Shown here: piece by piece, positions 9,945 through 19,422 of the stretch
Position numbering within the stretch: the first letter of the stretch is position 1
How the letters are laid out: each line of letters begins with the position of its first letter
Origin: an uncultured Bacteroidales bacterium
GTDB lineage: Bacteria > Bacteroidota > Bacteroidia > Bacteroidales > JBBRXJ01
Assembly: GCA_964601385.1 (NCBI GenBank)
Contig: CAZRNJ010000001.1
Coordinates: forward strand, 1 to 42,230
DNA: 42,230 nucleotides
Direction of reading: 5' to 3'
Position numbers and translations under genes: made by a program
The notes under the pieces: generated by a model
The model's database searches: none
Seen by the model: only the letters and a program-made list of their open reading frames with translations
Told to the model about the DNA's origin: nothing

Positions 9945-9972
9945 TTACAGATATGGTTTGCGAAGATAATAA

Positions 9973-11502
9973 TTATTCCCATTCAATCGTTGCCGGTGGT
10001 TTCGAACTAATGTCGTATACGACCCTGTTTACGCCTTTTACATTATTGATAATAGTATTCGACACCTTGCTTAAAAAGTCGTGGGGCAGATGCGACCAGT
10101 CGGCTGTCATTCCATCGGTGGAATTTACAGCGCGCAGGGCAACTACATTTTCGTAGGTCCGTTCGTCACCCATCACCCCAACCGATTGCACAGGCAGCAA
10201 TACGGCTAATGCCTGCCATACTGTATCATATAAATTATTTTCTTTAAGTCCTTCAATAAAAATGTCGTCAACATCTTGCAGTATCCTTATCTTTTCGGGT
10301 GTAATATCTCCTATGATGCGGATGGCCAGTCCGGGGCCGGGGAAGGGGTGGCGGTTCAGGATGTCTGGGCTCATGTTCATGGCTGCGCCTACGCGCCGTA
10401 CCTCGTCTTTAAATAGCAGTTTTAAAGGTTCAACAATTTTCAGATTCATCCTTTCGGGCAGGCCGCCAACATTATGATGCGACTTAATGGTTGCCGACGG
10501 ACCGTTAACGGATACCGATTCGATTACATCGGGATAAATGGTCCCCTGCGCCAACCAGCGGACATCTTTTACCTTTGTTGCTTCTTTTTCGAATACTTCG
10601 ATAAAATCGCGCCCAATGATTTTACGTTTTTTCTCCGGATCAATAATTCCTTTCAGATCATTTAGAAATGTGGCGGATGCATCTACGCCAATTACGTTCA
10701 GTCCCATATTTTGATATGAATGCAACACTTTGCCAAATTCATTCTTACGCAGCAATCCGTTATCTACAAAGATGCAGGTAAGGTTGCTGCCTATCGCCCG
10801 GTGCAGCAGTATTGCAGCAACCGATGAGTCAACGCCGCCGGATAACCCGAGGATGACCTTGTCGTTGCCCAGCAGTTGTTTTAATTCTTTTACTGTTGTT
10901 TCGACAAACGACCCGGGAGTCCATGATTGTGTGCATCCGCAGATATCGCAAACAAAATTCTGCAGGATATTTTTGCCTTCGGTAGTGTGATGAACTTCAG
11001 GGTGAAACTGTATACCATAGGATTCTTCATGGTCAATTTTATACGCTCCTGCTTGTATTGTTTGGGTGCTGCCAATTATCGTGAATCCGGCAGGTAATGC
11101 GGTGATGGTATCGCCATGCGACATCCAAACCTGGGTTGATGGAGAAATATTTTGCAGCAGTACATTTTTTGTCGCATTTTTTTCCAAATGCGCTCGTCCG
11201 TATTCACGGTGCGCCGATGGTTCTACAGTTCCTCCGTTTAGATGTACCATAAGCTGTGCGCCATAACAGATTCCCAGCAGAGGACGTTTTTTTCGTAGTT
11301 GTGACAGATCAACCACCGGAGCATTACTGTCGCGCACCGAAGCAGGGCTGCCCGAAAGGATAATCCCTTTAACCGATGAATCAATCACCGGGATGTGATT
11401 GTACGGATGAATCTCGCAATAGACATTCAGTTCGCGTATACGGCGCGCAATCAGCTGTGTGTATTGTGAACCAAAATCAAGGATGAGTATTCGTTCAGTC
11501 AT
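9973..11502 (-). CDS. guaA: GMP synthase (glutamine-hydrolysing)
   Basis: 509 aa. GATase domain ([26 protein letters not shown]), ATP-PPase SGGVDSS motif, and the C-terminal ...PPATIEWE. Confidence 0.97.
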   Translation of the reverse strand: MTERILILDFGSQYTQLIARRIRELNVYCEIHPYNHIPVIDSSVKGIILSGSPASVRDSNAPVVDLSQLRKKRPLLGICYGAQLMVHLNGGTVEPSAHREYGRAHLEKNATKNVLLQNISPSTQVWMSHGDTITALPAGFTIIGSTQTIQAGAYKIDHEESYGIQFHPEVHHTTEGKNILQNFVCDICGCTQSWTPGSFVETTVKELKQLLGNDKVILGLSGGVDSSVAAILLHRAIGSNLTCIFVDNGLLRKNEFGKVLHSYQNMGLNVIGVDASATFLNDLKGIIDPEKKRKIIGRDFIEVFEKEATKVKDVRWLAQGTIYPDVIESVSVNGPSATIKSHHNVGGLPERMNLKIVEPLKLLFKDEVRRVGAAMNMSPDILNRHPFPGPGLAIRIIGDITPEKIRILQDVDDIFIEGLKENNLYDTVWQALAVLLPVQSVGVMGDERTYENVVALRAVNSTDGMTADWSHLPHDFLSKVSNTIINNVKGVNRVVYDISSKPPATIEWE

Positions 11503-11586
11503 TCGGACGGTATTTATACAGTGGAATTTTCTGATGGTAAAGATAAAAATTCGCAGATAATAGCGGTTTGTGGAATCAAAAAAAAA

Positions 11587-11609
11587 ACGGCAAAAGAGTA
11601 TTTTGCCGT
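11587..11609. terminator. Bidirectional intrinsic terminator (ACGGCAAAA-GAGTA-TTTTGCCGT) flanked by A- and T-runs
   Basis: 9-bp stem, with an A-run at 11577-11587 and a T-run at 11609-11614. It lies 23 nt downstream of the minus-strand lipoprotein gene. Confidence 0.8.
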
Positions 11610-11631
11610 TTTTTAATTTTTTAAAACGATT

Positions 11632-12453
11632 CTAATTGCAGATCATATCCTGAAGCAGTTCATTCCAGCAATGCCAGGCGCCGCCATCGTTAAATGATTT
11701 TGAATCACTGATCCGTCCTTTGCGCGATGACGTATTCCATTCGATCTTGGTGGTTTTGTTTTGTTCTTTGTAAAAGATGGTATAATTGGCATTATAGGGG
11801 CTCGAGGTGGTTAGTCCGTACTGAATGTATCCGCCATAGCCCGGATCGTTGCCGAGTACATTGGTGTACTTGATCTGGCCTGTACTGCTTGAGGGGTCGC
11901 GGCTCCATACAATCTGAATATAGGGTTCGGGTTTGGCCGGTGAATAATACAACAACCAGTTCCCTGTTTTACCATCAAGGGATGAGAGCCCGGTATACCA
12001 TAAAAACCGTTCATATTCCCCCGACTTGGTCAGATACATAAACCAGCTAATATTGTTCCCGCTTAAGATGGCTTCAAGTGAGGCGGTATAGGTGCCGTTA
12101 TTGGCTGTAACCGTGTATTCCCATATCCATTTGTCTTTACCGTCATATTTAGCAGAGTGATTAAAGGCCTCACGGAATGCAGCTACCGGTATAATAGCAT
12201 GTACTGTCAAAACAGTGTTCCAGAATACAACATTTAAAAAAGATGTGAGCCATGCTCTATAAGTTGAATCGGCCAGCGCTTTGGTATGAGACGTGTCGCT
12301 GGTGCTGTTGAATTTTGAAAAATCCATGACAAAGGTGGATTCAGGCGGAATTTCCGGCGCCGGCTTGTCCGCTTCCTCTTTATCCTTTTTACAGGTTGCT
12401 GTTGATGCAACGATTAATAGCGCCATTAAAAATAGATAGATCCCTTTTTTCAT
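11632..12453 (-). CDS. Lipoprotein of unknown function
   Basis: Signal peptide with a lipobox-like ASTATC. No recognisable family. Confidence 0.6.
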   Translation of the reverse strand: MKKGIYLFLMALLIVASTATCKKDKEEADKPAPEIPPESTFVMDFSKFNSTSDTSHTKALADSTYRAWLTSFLNVVFWNTVLTVHAIIPVAAFREAFNHSAKYDGKDKWIWEYTVTANNGTYTASLEAILSGNNISWFMYLTKSGEYERFLWYTGLSSLDGKTGNWLLYYSPAKPEPYIQIVWSRDPSSSTGQIKYTNVLGNDPGYGGYIQYGLTTSSPYNANYTIFYKEQNKTTKIEWNTSSRKGRISDSKSFNDGGAWHCWNELLQDMICN

Positions 12454-12542
12454 AGTTTTAACGGTTTATGGTTTGATATCAAATTTATAGTGAAGTCAAT
12501 AAAATATCAATGAGCTGTATTACGTAAATCCTCATAGGTATT

Positions 12543-13460
12543 TCAGCTGGTAATACTTATTGTTAATCCGTCCTGCGCCAGAATAGTTGCAGGAAATACG
12601 GCTTTGGCTTCTTCCAGAAATTGCAAATCGGATTTATAGCGCGACGAAAAATGTCCGATAACTAATTGCTTTACCGATGCCATTTGCGCAATCTTTGCTG
12701 CTTGTTCGGCTGTGGAATGCAATGTTTGTTTGGCTGTTTTTGCATCTTTATTCAGAAAAGTTGCTTCGTGGTAAAGCAGGTGCGCGTTGCGGATAAGAGG
12801 TACGATTGATGGGTTAAAGCCGGTATCGGAGCAAAAGCCGTAGCGTAGCGGTATATGCGTCTGTACGGTCAGTTCGGTGTTGGGTATGGTACGGCCATCA
12901 TCTGTAATAAAATCAGCGCCTTTTTTGATATTGAGTATTTCTTTCCGCGGGATATTATATTCTTCAATTTTAGTTTTGATGATATTTCGCAGGCGTTCTT
13001 TTTCTGCAAACAGGAAACCGCAGCAGGGAATACTGTGTTTTAGGGGTATGCTGGTAACGGTAAGCTTTGTGTCTTCGTGAATGACATGTGGCGCATCATT
13101 GGACAGAGGATGATAAATGATGCGAAACGACATTTCTTTCCGGAGATATAGAAATTGACGCTCGAGCATTTCTTGTAATTCGGCGAAGGCAAAAATGTGC
13201 AGGTCGCTGGTACGGTTAAGGAGTGTAAAGGTCGAGATCAGGCCGGGTAATCCAAACACATGGTCGCCATGCAGATGGGAAATAAAAATGTGATTAATCC
13301 GTCCCATTTTGGTATTCAGTCGCCGGAGCTGTATCTGAGTGCCTTCTCCGCAGTCAATTAAAAAAAAACGCTCATCAATGGTTAGCAGATGAGCGGACGG
13401 AAACCGGTTAGCAGTAGGCAGCGCTGAACTGCTGCCCAGTATAGTAACCCGAAACGGCAT
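12543..13460 (-). CDS. rnz: Ribonuclease Z
   Basis: 305 aa. ILGSSSALPT..., the HLHGDH metallo-beta-lactamase motif, and ...GHFSSRY. Confidence 0.92.
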   Translation of the reverse strand: MPFRVTILGSSSALPTANRFPSAHLLTIDERFFLIDCGEGTQIQLRRLNTKMGRINHIFISHLHGDHVFGLPGLISTFTLLNRTSDLHIFAFAELQEMLERQFLYLRKEMSFRIIYHPLSNDAPHVIHEDTKLTVTSIPLKHSIPCCGFLFAEKERLRNIIKTKIEEYNIPRKEILNIKKGADFITDDGRTIPNTELTVQTHIPLRYGFCSDTGFNPSIVPLIRNAHLLYHEATFLNKDAKTAKQTLHSTAEQAAKIAQMASVKQLVIGHFSSRYKSDLQFLEEAKAVFPATILAQDGLTISITS

Positions 13461-13461
13461 G

Positions 13462-13809
13462 TTACAACGAATCGGTGATTATTGCTGCCGCGTCAGATAC
13501 CGTGTTGGTGATATTCAGTACTGTGTCGAGTTGCGAAATAGTAATCAGCCGCTCAACAGCATCGTTTAGTCCTGTAAGCAGAAATTTACCATTGGCATTT
13601 TTACACAATCGGTTGGCTACAAGTATCGCGCTGAGTCCCGATGAATCACAGTATTTCACATTACTCAAATCAAGGATGATATTTTTTTCGCCATTGCCGG
13701 CTATAAGCACCAGTTCCGACTTAAGCGTAGGAGCAATGTGAGTATCAAGTTTCTCATCCAAAACCTGAATGATGGTATATTTGTCTTTTTTGTCAATTTT
13801 AAAGTCCAT
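13462..13809 (-). CDS. STAS domain protein (anti-sigma-factor antagonist family)
   Basis: 115 aa. ...ILDLSNVKYCDSSGLSAILVANR... is the SpoIIAA/RsbV-like pattern with the phosphorylatable Ser context DSSGL. Confidence 0.85.
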   Translation of the reverse strand: MDFKIDKKDKYTIIQVLDEKLDTHIAPTLKSELVLIAGNGEKNIILDLSNVKYCDSSGLSAILVANRLCKNANGKFLLTGLNDAVERLITISQLDTVLNITNTVSDAAAIITDSL

Positions 13810-13822
13810 AACTCAATTCAGG

Positions 13823-15784
13823 TTATTTACTTTTTTTTGTCTTACTTTTTGTGGATGTTGGTTCATCCTCTTCTTCCGGCACACCATTTTCTTTGGCTTT
13901 GGCCTGTTTCTTGGCCTTGGCGGTCATTTCTTCTTTCATGGCAGCCAACTCGCTGATATCGCCCAGAGTTGTTTTTTCCATACTGTCTTTCAGGCGCCGT
14001 GTGGCCTTGCGTACACTAAGCTCTTCGCTTTGCTTTTCATCTGTTTTTTCTTTCTTTTCAGCGGTATGAACACGGGTGTGCGACAGAATAATTCGTTTTG
14101 AATCTTTGGAAAACTCCATTACCTTGAAGTCCAGTTTTTCATCCTGTTTGGCTGTTGTGCCGTTTTCCTTTACCAGATGTTTGGTGGCTGCAAATCCTTC
14201 AACACCGTATGGCAGGGCAACCTTAGCCCCTTTGTCCAGAAATTCAATGATGGTGCCTTCATGTACCGAGTTCTCGGTAAATATCGTCTCAAATACGTCC
14301 CATGGATTTTCTTCGAGTTGTTTGTGTCCTAAACTTAAACGCCGGTTCTCTTTATTTACTTCCAGCACTACAACCTCAATGCTTGCTCCCACAGAGGTAA
14401 ACTCGGCAGGATGATTGATTTTTTTCGTCCATGAGAGATCAGAAATATGGATTAGTCCGTCAACTCCCTCTTCGAGCTCTACAAAAATACCGAAGCCGGT
14501 AAAGTTACGTACTTTCGCTGTTTGCTTGCTATTCACAGGATATTTCTCCTCGATATTTTCCCATGGATCCGGCTTGAGTTGTTTAATACCTAACGACATT
14601 TTCCGTTCTTCGCGGTCGAGGGTCAGTATTTTTGCTTCAACCGTATCGCCGATTTTTACAAAATCACTTGCGCTGCGCAGATGCTGTGACCATGACATCT
14701 CCGAGACATGGATGAGTCCTTCAACTCCCGGTTTGATTTCAATAAATGCCCCGTAATCAGCAATTACTACTACACGGCCGCTTACTACATCGCCTACTTT
14801 CAGGTCAGCATCAAGTGAATCCCATGGATGCGGCGTGAGTTGTTTAAGCCCTAATGCAATGCGTGTTTTGCCTTCATCAAAATCAAGGATTACAACATTT
14901 ATTTTTTGATCAAGCTGAACAATTTCTTCCGGATGATTGATGCGTCCCCATGATAAATCAGTGATATGAATCAGTCCGTCAACGCCTCCCAGGTCAATAA
15001 ATACACCATACGAGGTGATATTTTTAACCATACCTTCAAGCACTTGTCCTTTCTCAAGTTTGGCAATGATATCTTTTTTCTGTTGTTCAAGTTCTGCTTC
15101 AATAAGGATCTTGTGTGAAACAACAACATTTTTAAATTCATGATTGATTTTAACGACTTTAAAATCCATCACTTTACCAACAAATATATCATAGTCGCGG
15201 ATGGGTTTTACATCAATCTGTGAACCGGGCAGGAAGGTTTCAATACCATAAACATCAACAATCATACCACCTTTGGTGCGGCATTTAACAAAACCTTTAA
15301 CAATTTCCTGTTTTTCGTACGATCCGTTGATGCGTTCCCATGCACGCAAGGTGCGTGCTTTTTTATGTGAGAGAATTAATTGCCCTTTTTTATCTTCCTG
15401 GTTTTCAACATAAACCTCTACTTTGTCTCCGATCTTTAACTCGGGATTGTAGCGGAATTCATTAATACTGACAACACCTTCGGATTTAGAGCCGATGTTT
15501 ATTACCACTTCGCGCTTGTTCATGGAAATTACTGTGCCATCAAGCACTTGTGCATTGCCCAGTGTAGATAATGTCTGGTCGTACATACCTTCGTACATAC
15601 TCCGGTCTTCGCTACTGTAGTGGTCGTCTTTATTACTGTAATTATCCCAATCAAATTCTTCGGGCGGGATTGATGAATTAAGCCCTTTGGATGGTGATTC
15701 TAATAAATTTTCAGTGTCATTGTCTGTTGCATGGACATTTTCGCCATTTGCATGAATTACTTTTTCTTCTTGGTTTTCAATCAT
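13823..15784 (-). CDS. rpsA: 30S ribosomal protein S1 with a Lys/Glu-rich C-terminal extension
   Basis: 653 aa with six S1 repeats (GxVxxxxxxGxFVDLGGVDGLIHISD-type). The tail is EKKEKTDEKQ...KAKKQAKAKENG...KSKTKKSK. Confidence 0.95.
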   Translation of the reverse strand: MIENQEEKVIHANGENVHATDNDTENLLESPSKGLNSSIPPEEFDWDNYSNKDDHYSSEDRSMYEGMYDQTLSTLGNAQVLDGTVISMNKREVVINIGSKSEGVVSINEFRYNPELKIGDKVEVYVENQEDKKGQLILSHKKARTLRAWERINGSYEKQEIVKGFVKCRTKGGMIVDVYGIETFLPGSQIDVKPIRDYDIFVGKVMDFKVVKINHEFKNVVVSHKILIEAELEQQKKDIIAKLEKGQVLEGMVKNITSYGVFIDLGGVDGLIHITDLSWGRINHPEEIVQLDQKINVVILDFDEGKTRIALGLKQLTPHPWDSLDADLKVGDVVSGRVVVIADYGAFIEIKPGVEGLIHVSEMSWSQHLRSASDFVKIGDTVEAKILTLDREERKMSLGIKQLKPDPWENIEEKYPVNSKQTAKVRNFTGFGIFVELEEGVDGLIHISDLSWTKKINHPAEFTSVGASIEVVVLEVNKENRRLSLGHKQLEENPWDVFETIFTENSVHEGTIIEFLDKGAKVALPYGVEGFAATKHLVKENGTTAKQDEKLDFKVMEFSKDSKRIILSHTRVHTAEKKEKTDEKQSEELSVRKATRRLKDSMEKTTLGDISELAAMKEEMTAKAKKQAKAKENGVPEEEDEPTSTKSKTKKSK

Positions 15785-15794
15785 TGTTTAAAAA

Positions 15795-15802
15795 TCCTCC
15801 TT
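15795..15802 (-). promoter_or_regulatory. Strong Shine-Dalgarno AAGGAGGA upstream of rpsA
   Basis: The plus strand reads tcctcctt, and the motif ends 10 nt before the rpsA ATG. Most other genes here lack any SD. Confidence 0.6.
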
Positions 15803-15953
15803 TTCGAAAGTACTCTCTATTAGCTGTTAAAAGATAAATAGCGGGCAAAAATAAGATTTTTATGTTAATAAAAGAAATATAGTACAAGTATTTTATGTAT
15901 TATACTGTTTATTAGTGTTTTATATATAAAAAAAAATTAATAGCTATCCCAGA

Positions 15954-17117
15954 TTACAGTTTTTTTAACAGCTCATCTTGCATTTGTATTATCTCTTTTT
16001 CTGAAGGGATGTATTTTACTTTTAGCGAATCAATGATTGTGAATTCACATTCTTTGAGATATTGTTCTATTTGGCCGATACTTTGGCCGCCCCATCCGTA
16101 TGAGCCAAAGGCAATGGATTTTCGTCCGCCGGGGGATAACCCTTTGAGATAGGTTAGAAATGAGGCCACCGAAGGCATGAGGTTATTGTTCAGGGTTGGA
16201 GATCCTACACAAATGTATTCGGCATCAAGACAATGCGTGATGACATCAGAGATATGATCATGCTGCAGATTGCACAATATATGGTTATATCCTGCATGCT
16301 CAAAAGCAGGCGCAATGACCTTTTCGGCCAGCATTGCTGTTGATTTCCACATGGTATCGAATACGATTACTGCTTTGTGGCTGGTAACATTGCCTACCCA
16401 GTTCAGGTAGTTTTTAATAATAGTATTAATATGACTTCGCCAGATAACACCATGACTGGGTGCAATCATTGCGATATCAAAGCCTTTCAGGTCATTGTAT
16501 TCTTTTTCGACCTGCCGGCCATACGGCATAACAATATTGGCATAGTATTTTTTTGCTTCAGACAGGATAATGTCGAGCGGGCATTCGTCATCAAACCGTT
16601 CGGATGAACTGTAATGCTGTCCGAACGAATCGTTCGAAAAGAGAATTTTTTCACTAGCCATGTAACATACCATATTGTCGGGCCAGTGAACCATCGGTGT
16701 ATTAACCACCTGTAAAGTTTGCTGTCCGATGGGTATGGTATCGCCGGTTTTTACAATTTTAAAATTCCATTCTTTTTTGTAATGGGCACGCAATCCTTTA
16801 TCGCCGTTGGGTGATGTATAAATTACAGCATTGGGCGCTAATTGCATGATATCGGGCAGCGACCCGGAATGGTCCATCTCAACATGGTTCGATACTACGG
16901 CTTTGATGTCTGATGGATTGATAAGCGATGAAATCCTTGCCAGCATTTGTTCCTTAACTGTTGTTTTAACCGTATCAATAAGCGTTGGCGTTTCTCCTAA
17001 TATCAGATAGGCATTATAGGTTGTTCCCCGCTGGGTAAGATATCCGTGAAAATTACGGATATCCCAATCTATGGCGCCTACCCAATAAATATCCTCTGCA
17101 ATTTTTATGGCTTTCAT
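15954..17117 (-). CDS. Flavodiiron protein (FprA family; O2/NO reductase)
   Basis: 387 aa. Metallo-beta-lactamase-like domain with the HVEMDH (HxExDH) diiron motif, plus a C-terminal flavodoxin-like domain (AFGSYGWGG). Confidence 0.9.
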   Translation of the reverse strand: MKAIKIAEDIYWVGAIDWDIRNFHGYLTQRGTTYNAYLILGETPTLIDTVKTTVKEQMLARISSLINPSDIKAVVSNHVEMDHSGSLPDIMQLAPNAVIYTSPNGDKGLRAHYKKEWNFKIVKTGDTIPIGQQTLQVVNTPMVHWPDNMVCYMASEKILFSNDSFGQHYSSSERFDDECPLDIILSEAKKYYANIVMPYGRQVEKEYNDLKGFDIAMIAPSHGVIWRSHINTIIKNYLNWVGNVTSHKAVIVFDTMWKSTAMLAEKVIAPAFEHAGYNHILCNLQHDHISDVITHCLDAEYICVGSPTLNNNLMPSVASFLTYLKGLSPGGRKSIAFGSYGWGGQSIGQIEQYLKECEFTIIDSLKVKYIPSEKEIIQMQDELLKKL

Positions 17118-17173
17118 GATTGATTTCTGTTTAGAGTCCTTAATTTATTTACGGATTGAATAGAATCAGAAAA

Positions 17174-17203
17174 AACTGCCGTAATGAAATCAATACGGCA
17201 GTT
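17174..17203 (-). terminator. Intrinsic terminator after the rubredoxin gene
   Basis: 10-bp stem AACTGCCGTA/TACGGCAGTT with a 10-nt loop. It has a T-run on the minus strand and an A-run on the other side, and lies 20 nt downstream of the rubredoxin stop. Confidence 0.8.
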
Positions 17204-17222
17204 TTTAACGGTATGACCGGAT

Positions 17223-17384
17223 TTAATTCACTGGTTCAAATTCATCTTTACCAACGCCGCATTCCGGACAAATCCAATCATCGGGTAAATTTTCAAATGC
17301 AGTGCCGGGTGCAATATTGTTATCCGGATCTCCTTTTTCTGGGTCGTACACATACGAGCAGGCAAGACACATGTATTTCTTCAT
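17223..17384 (-). CDS. Rubredoxin (53 aa; below the ORF-track size cut-off)
   Basis: My translation is [53 protein letters not shown]. It has the CxxC...CPxCG pairs and the rubredoxin core YVYDPxxGDP...F..LPDDW.CP.CG..K..F. Confidence 0.93.
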   Translation of the reverse strand: MKKYMCLACSYVYDPEKGDPDNNIAPGTAFENLPDDWICPECGVGKDEFEPVN

Positions 17385-17415
17385 CTTTTTTGTGTTTAGT
17401 TGTTTAACATTTATT

Positions 17416-17988
17416 CTAATAGTTTGTTTCTTTTACGGCAAAGTATGCTTTGGGGTGTTTGCATAACGGGCATTTTTCCGGCGCTTTGTCTCCGGTGTGT
17501 ATGTGTCCGCAAATCCAACACTTCCATTCTACCGGTTTGTCTTTCTTAAATTGTGTGCCTTTTTCAAGATTCGCCAGTAATTGCAAAAACCGCTGTTCGT
17601 GATGGGCCTCAACTTTAGCTACCAGCCGGAAGGTTGTGGCAATATCTTTAAAACCTTCCTTTTCGGCAATATCGGCAAACATCGGGTAGAGTACCGTATA
17701 TTATTCGTTTTCGCCCATGGCTGATGCTTTCAGGTTTTCGGCTGTCGTGGCTTCTTTACCCGCCGGATAGGTGGCTGTGACTTCAACGTTTCCGCCTTCA
17801 AGGTAACGGAAAAATTGTTTGGCATGCGATTGTTCATTCGAGGCCGTCTCTTCAAAATATGCAGCTATTTGTTCGTAGCCCTCTTTCCGTGCTATCTTGG
17901 CAAACATATTGTATCGGTTACGCGCCTGCGATTCTCCGGCAAACGATTTTAACAGGTTTTTTTCGGTTTCGGTTCCTTTTATACTCAT
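17416..17988 (-). pseudogene. rbr: Rubrerythrin interrupted by a single in-frame TAA (17701-17703)
   Basis: Track ORFs 17701..18051 and 17416..17682 are in the same frame. The joined product is MSIKGTETEKNLLKSFAGESQARNRY...ASAMGENE*YTVLYPMFADIAEKEGF...EAHHEQRF...WKCWICGH...CPLCKHPKAYF. That is full-length rubrerythrin with its C-terminal rubredoxin-like domain. The start is taken at MSIKG (17988) because the longer ORF overlaps dfx. Confidence 0.8.
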
Positions 17989-18011
17989 GCTCTTAAATTG
18001 TTGATGGTTAA

Positions 18012-18410
18012 TTAATAATTCTTCGCTGACCATTGGCCATGTATATTGCAATACTCCCTTGCTGTTACCTGGGTTGCAGTTGTGCGGAATAGCGCTTCTG
18101 GCGGCTCTCCCGGTTGTAAATACTGTGTTAGCACCTGATTATCCGCAATTAATTCTATCCATTGGATATAATGTTTCGCTTCCATCGGGTGAGCTATATT
18201 GCCAACAATGACCTTATAGCCGTTGGTAGTTTTCTCAATAACCGGTACATGTTTCTCTTTTGCGGCATCAACTGTATTCTCGGTTATGATTTTCATGGGT
18301 TGTTTGCAGCACACCAGCGCCTGCATTCCCGGCGACATTACTTCTACGATGTTTCCGCAGATATCACATTTGTATATCTCGAACCGGTTTGTTTTAATTG
18401 TACATTCCAT
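18012..18410 (-). CDS. dfx: Desulfoferrodoxin (2Fe superoxide reductase)
   Basis: 132 aa. N-terminal desulforedoxin motif [12 protein letters not shown]...CC, and a neelaredoxin domain KHVPVI...HPM...HYI.WIEL...CN.HG.W. Confidence 0.9.
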   Translation of the reverse strand: MECTIKTNRFEIYKCDICGNIVEVMSPGMQALVCCKQPMKIITENTVDAAKEKHVPVIEKTTNGYKVIVGNIAHPMEAKHYIQWIELIADNQVLTQYLQPGEPPEALFRTTATQVTAREYCNIHGQWSAKNY

Positions 18411-18424
18411 AAAGTATAGATCTT

Positions 18425-18949
18425 CTAGTTGGTATTGGCCGCTGACTGTGTGGAATCAACAAATACCCGTGAGGCCAGTTCGCGGTCTATCATTAGTATC
18501 CCGAATCCGTTACCCGCAATCATTTTTAATTCCTGCAGAATTTTTTCGGCATTGGCTTCTTCTTCTACCTGCTCATTAACAAACCACTGCAGCATACTGT
18601 TTGATGCGTGATCTTTTTCTTCGGTTGCCACATTAACCAGATTATGGATTAGCGCGGTAACTTTCTTCTCATGGTTCAGAATCTCGCTGAAAACTTCAAC
18701 TTCATCTTTCCATTCGGTCTTGGGCCCTTCAATAGTCGTCAAAACAACCTTTGCCCCGCGCTCCAGTAAATAGTTGTAGAATTTCATGGCATGCGTCAGC
18801 TCTTCCTGCGCCTGTATCTTAGTCCAGTTGGCAAAGCCCGCCAGATTCCGTAACATAAAATATGCAGACATTGACAAATACAGGTATGATGAATAGATCT
18901 CGGCATTGATTTGTTTATTGATTTCATCTGTCATTTTTTTTCCAATCAT
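18425..18949 (-). CDS. Non-haem ferritin
   Basis: 174 aa. [18 protein letters not shown]...[16 protein letters not shown]...ATEEKDHAS shows the ferroxidase-centre pattern. Confidence 0.9.
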   Translation of the reverse strand: MIGKKMTDEINKQINAEIYSSYLYLSMSAYFMLRNLAGFANWTKIQAQEELTHAMKFYNYLLERGAKVVLTTIEGPKTEWKDEVEVFSEILNHEKKVTALIHNLVNVATEEKDHASNSMLQWFVNEQVEEEANAEKILQELKMIAGNGFGILMIDRELASRVFVDSTQSAANTN

Positions 18950-18955
18950 GGTTTA

Positions 18956-18963
18956 TCCTCCTT
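18956..18963 (-). promoter_or_regulatory. Strong Shine-Dalgarno AAGGAGGA upstream of the ferritin gene
   Basis: The plus strand reads tcctcctt, and the motif ends 6 nt before the ferritin ATG. Confidence 0.55.
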
Positions 18964-19002
18964 TTAATAATAATAAAAACATTTTTCAATCAGCTATAGT
19001 AG

Positions 19003-19410
19003 TTATTTTTTGCATAACTTACAAATCCCTTTAAAAACGGCCTGATAGTCAGTTACTTTAAATCCGTGTTGCTCTTTAAATTGTAAGGCACCTGTATCTA
19101 ATGTAACATCATAAATCCTGCCGCATTTATAACAACTGAAGTGCGCATGTTGTTTAATAAAACCATCAAAGCGCGCTTGTTGCCCGCTTATGGGTAAACG
19201 GTTAATCAGCCCTTTTGTTGTTAACAGGTTTAATGTATTGTAAACCGTTGTCAGTGAAAGTGTTGAGATATGCCCTTTCAGGGCATTGAAGATTGCTTCT
19301 GCTGCAGGATGTGAATTGGTTTTTAACAAATAGCCAAATATCATTGTCCGTTGGTATGATGGCCGGATACCTGCATTTGTCAATAACTGATTCACCTGTT
19401 CTTTTTTCAC
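19003..19410 (-). CDS. Fur family transcriptional regulator, PerR-like by context
   Basis: 135 aa with a GTG start and a winged-helix N-terminal half. Two CxxC pairs are present (CYKCGRIYD, CKLCKK). It heads a peroxide/superoxide detoxification gene string. Confidence 0.85.
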   Translation of the reverse strand: MKKEQVNQLLTNAGIRPSYQRTMIFGYLLKTNSHPAAEAIFNALKGHISTLSLTTVYNTLNLLTTKGLINRLPISGQQARFDGFIKQHAHFSCYKCGRIYDVTLDTGALQFKEQHGFKVTDYQAVFKGICKLCKK

Positions 19411-19422
19411 AATTTTAAAATA

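Noticed and set aside
9908-10156. 82-aa plus-strand ORF
   Set aside because: It starts inside tRNA-Leu and runs antisense to the well-supported guaA C-terminus, with no recognisable motifs.
17156-17407. 83-aa plus-strand ORF
   Set aside because: It is antisense to a textbook rubredoxin gene and spans its terminator hairpin, so it is a shadow ORF.
17701-17703. Possibility that the in-frame TAA in rubrerythrin reflects stop-codon reassignment
   Set aside because: Many well-supported genes in the window terminate at TAA at their expected ends, for example dtd, ugd and the AlbA_2 gene. TAA is therefore a genuine stop here. A point mutation or sequencing error is far more likely.
17989-18051. 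Longer N-terminus ([21 protein letters not shown]) for rubrerythrin
   Set aside because: It overlaps the 3' end of dfx by 40 nt. Rubrerythrins start close to the MSIKGTETEKNLL segment, so the internal ATG at 17988 is preferred.
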